Origin: Octopus sinensis
Taxonomy: Eukaryota
Assembly (NCBI RefSeq): GCF_006345805.1
Contig: NC_042998.1
Span: 31,310,001-31,374,000, forward strand
DNA: 64,000 nucleotides
Direction: 5' to 3'
Shown here one piece after another: positions 62,770 to 64,000 of the stretch (positions within the stretch are counted from its first letter, which is position 1; every line of letters starts with the position of its first letter). The notes beneath the pieces were generated by a model, which was given only the letters and a program-made list of their open reading frames with translations, was not told the origin of the DNA and did not search any database. The translations under genes and the position numbers were made by a program.

Positions 62770-63187
62770 GGCGGCGAGCTGGCAGAATCGTTAGCACGCC
62801 GGGCGAAATGCTTAGCGGCATTTCGTCTGCCGTTACGTTCTGAGTTCAAATTCCGCCGAGGTCGACTTTGCCTTTCATCCTTTCGGGGTCGATTAAATAA
62901 GTTCCAGTTACGCACTGGGGTCGATGTAATCGACTTAATCCGTTTGTCTGTTCTTGTTTGTCCTCTCTGTGTTTAGCCCCTTGTGGGTAGTAAAGAAATA
63001 GGTATTTCGTCTGCCGCTACGTTCTGAGTTCAAATTCCGCCGAGGTCGACTTTGCCTTTAATCCTTTCGGGGTCGATTAAATAAGTACCAGTTACACACT
63101 GGGGTCGATATAATCGACTTAATTCGTCTATCTGTCCTTATTTGTCCTCTCTGTGTTTAACCCCTTGTGGGCAATAAAGAAATAGGT
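62770..63187 (+). mobile_element. Family-2 SINE plus tandem headless second copy
   Basis: The tail AAATAGGTATTT runs straight into the internal ATTTCGTCTGCC of a second body. Confidence 0.85.
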
Positions 63188-63383
63188 ATTCTATTAAGTG
63201 ATAAAGGAGTATCAAACAATACCCTAATTTGGCCGACATTAAAAGTGCCCTCCTCTGTTTATACAACATTGTATTGAAAAATACTTTATTTGAATATTTT
63301 TGATGATTACTTAAATCAATCAATTCGATTAAACGTTTTACGATTACCTAAACAGCTGAATCATTTGTGATTTATATAAAGTG

Positions 63384-63742
63384 TGTGGAGGCGCAATGGC
63401 CCAGTGGTTAGGACAGCGGACTCGTGGACGTAGAATCGTGGTTTCGATTTCCAGACTGGGCATTGTGAGTGTTTACTGAGTGAAAACACCTAAAGCTCCA
63501 CGAGGCTGCAGCAGTGGGTGGTGAAGAAACCCTGCTGTACTCTTTCACCACAACTTTCTCTCTCTCTTTCTCCCTGTTTCTGCTGTACCTGTATTTCAAA
63601 GGACTAGCCTTGTCACACTCTGCGTCACGCTGAATCTCCTGAGAACTACGTTAAGGGTACACATGTCTGTTAATTTCACGAGCAAGCTGTTCCGTTGATC
63701 GGATCAACTGGAACCCTCGTCGTCGTAACGACGGAGTGCCAC
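63384..63742 (+). mobile_element. tRNA-derived SINE, family 3
   Basis: TGGCCCAGTGGTTAG A box and GTTTCGATTTCC B-box-like; homologous to 41664-42003. Confidence 0.8.
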
Positions 63743-63784
63743 AATTTAGCATTTAATAAGACAAATCTATTACATTATTTTCAG

Positions 63785-64000
63785 AGAAAATATTTTAGCA
63801 TCCATGTCGGACAAGCTGCAGTTCACGTTGGTAATGCCTGCAGGGGACTGTATTGTTTGGAATACGATATCCAACCAAATGACCACTTACCGAAAGTGTC
63901 TATTGGTAATATCGATTCGTCCAGCACTTTCTTTAAACTCTGGGAAAGGTGTCTCAAGAGACAGAGCTGTTAGAACCACCTGTTGCTGAGTAGTTGCACA
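63785..64000 (+). pseudogene. TUBA: Alpha-tubulin pseudogene, exon 2 (unprocessed), runs off the window
   Basis: ttattttcAG|AGA then SIHVGQAAVHVGNACRGLYCLEYDIQP..STFF..RAV..EP, matching [31 protein letters not shown]. The acceptor sits at the conserved post-Met1 intron position; frameshifts and a stop follow. Confidence 0.9.

Noticed and set aside
53791-63187. SINE heads as true tRNA genes
   Set aside because: They have A/B-box-like motifs but no closed cloverleaf, and they continue into SINE bodies, several with TSDs.

Overview
AT-rich eukaryotic genomic DNA. The SINE and LINE families look like those of Octopus or another coleoid cephalopod (inferred from repeat sequence, not confirmed). 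The left ~44 kb holds the 3' part of one large plus-strand gene. I traced 17 coding exons by hand from 3463 to 44280; all are AG/GT and the phases chain without a stop (7271 nt, 2423 whole codons including the stop). It encodes a 4992-nt Pro/Thr/Ser mucin exon, six thrombospondin type-1 repeats (TSRs) interleaved with TIL, TILa and VWC modules, and a C-terminal cystine knot. This is an SCO-spondin-like tail fused to a gel-mucin core; the N-terminus lies outside the window. The right ~20 kb is a nest of mobile elements: Merlin, mariner, piggyBac, CR1, Penelope-like, an ORF1-type RRM/CCHC retroelement and young tRNA-derived SINEs. It also holds two alpha-tubulin pseudogene fragments and a tRNA-Lys-like gene with a TTC anticodon. 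The most striking non-coding feature is a ~410-bp near-perfect palindrome (52138-52550) whose two arms each encode a complete type-I hammerhead ribozyme fold, one per strand. All calls were made by eye without alignments, folding software or database searches, so element boundaries are approximate unless TSD, TIR or splice coordinates are given.
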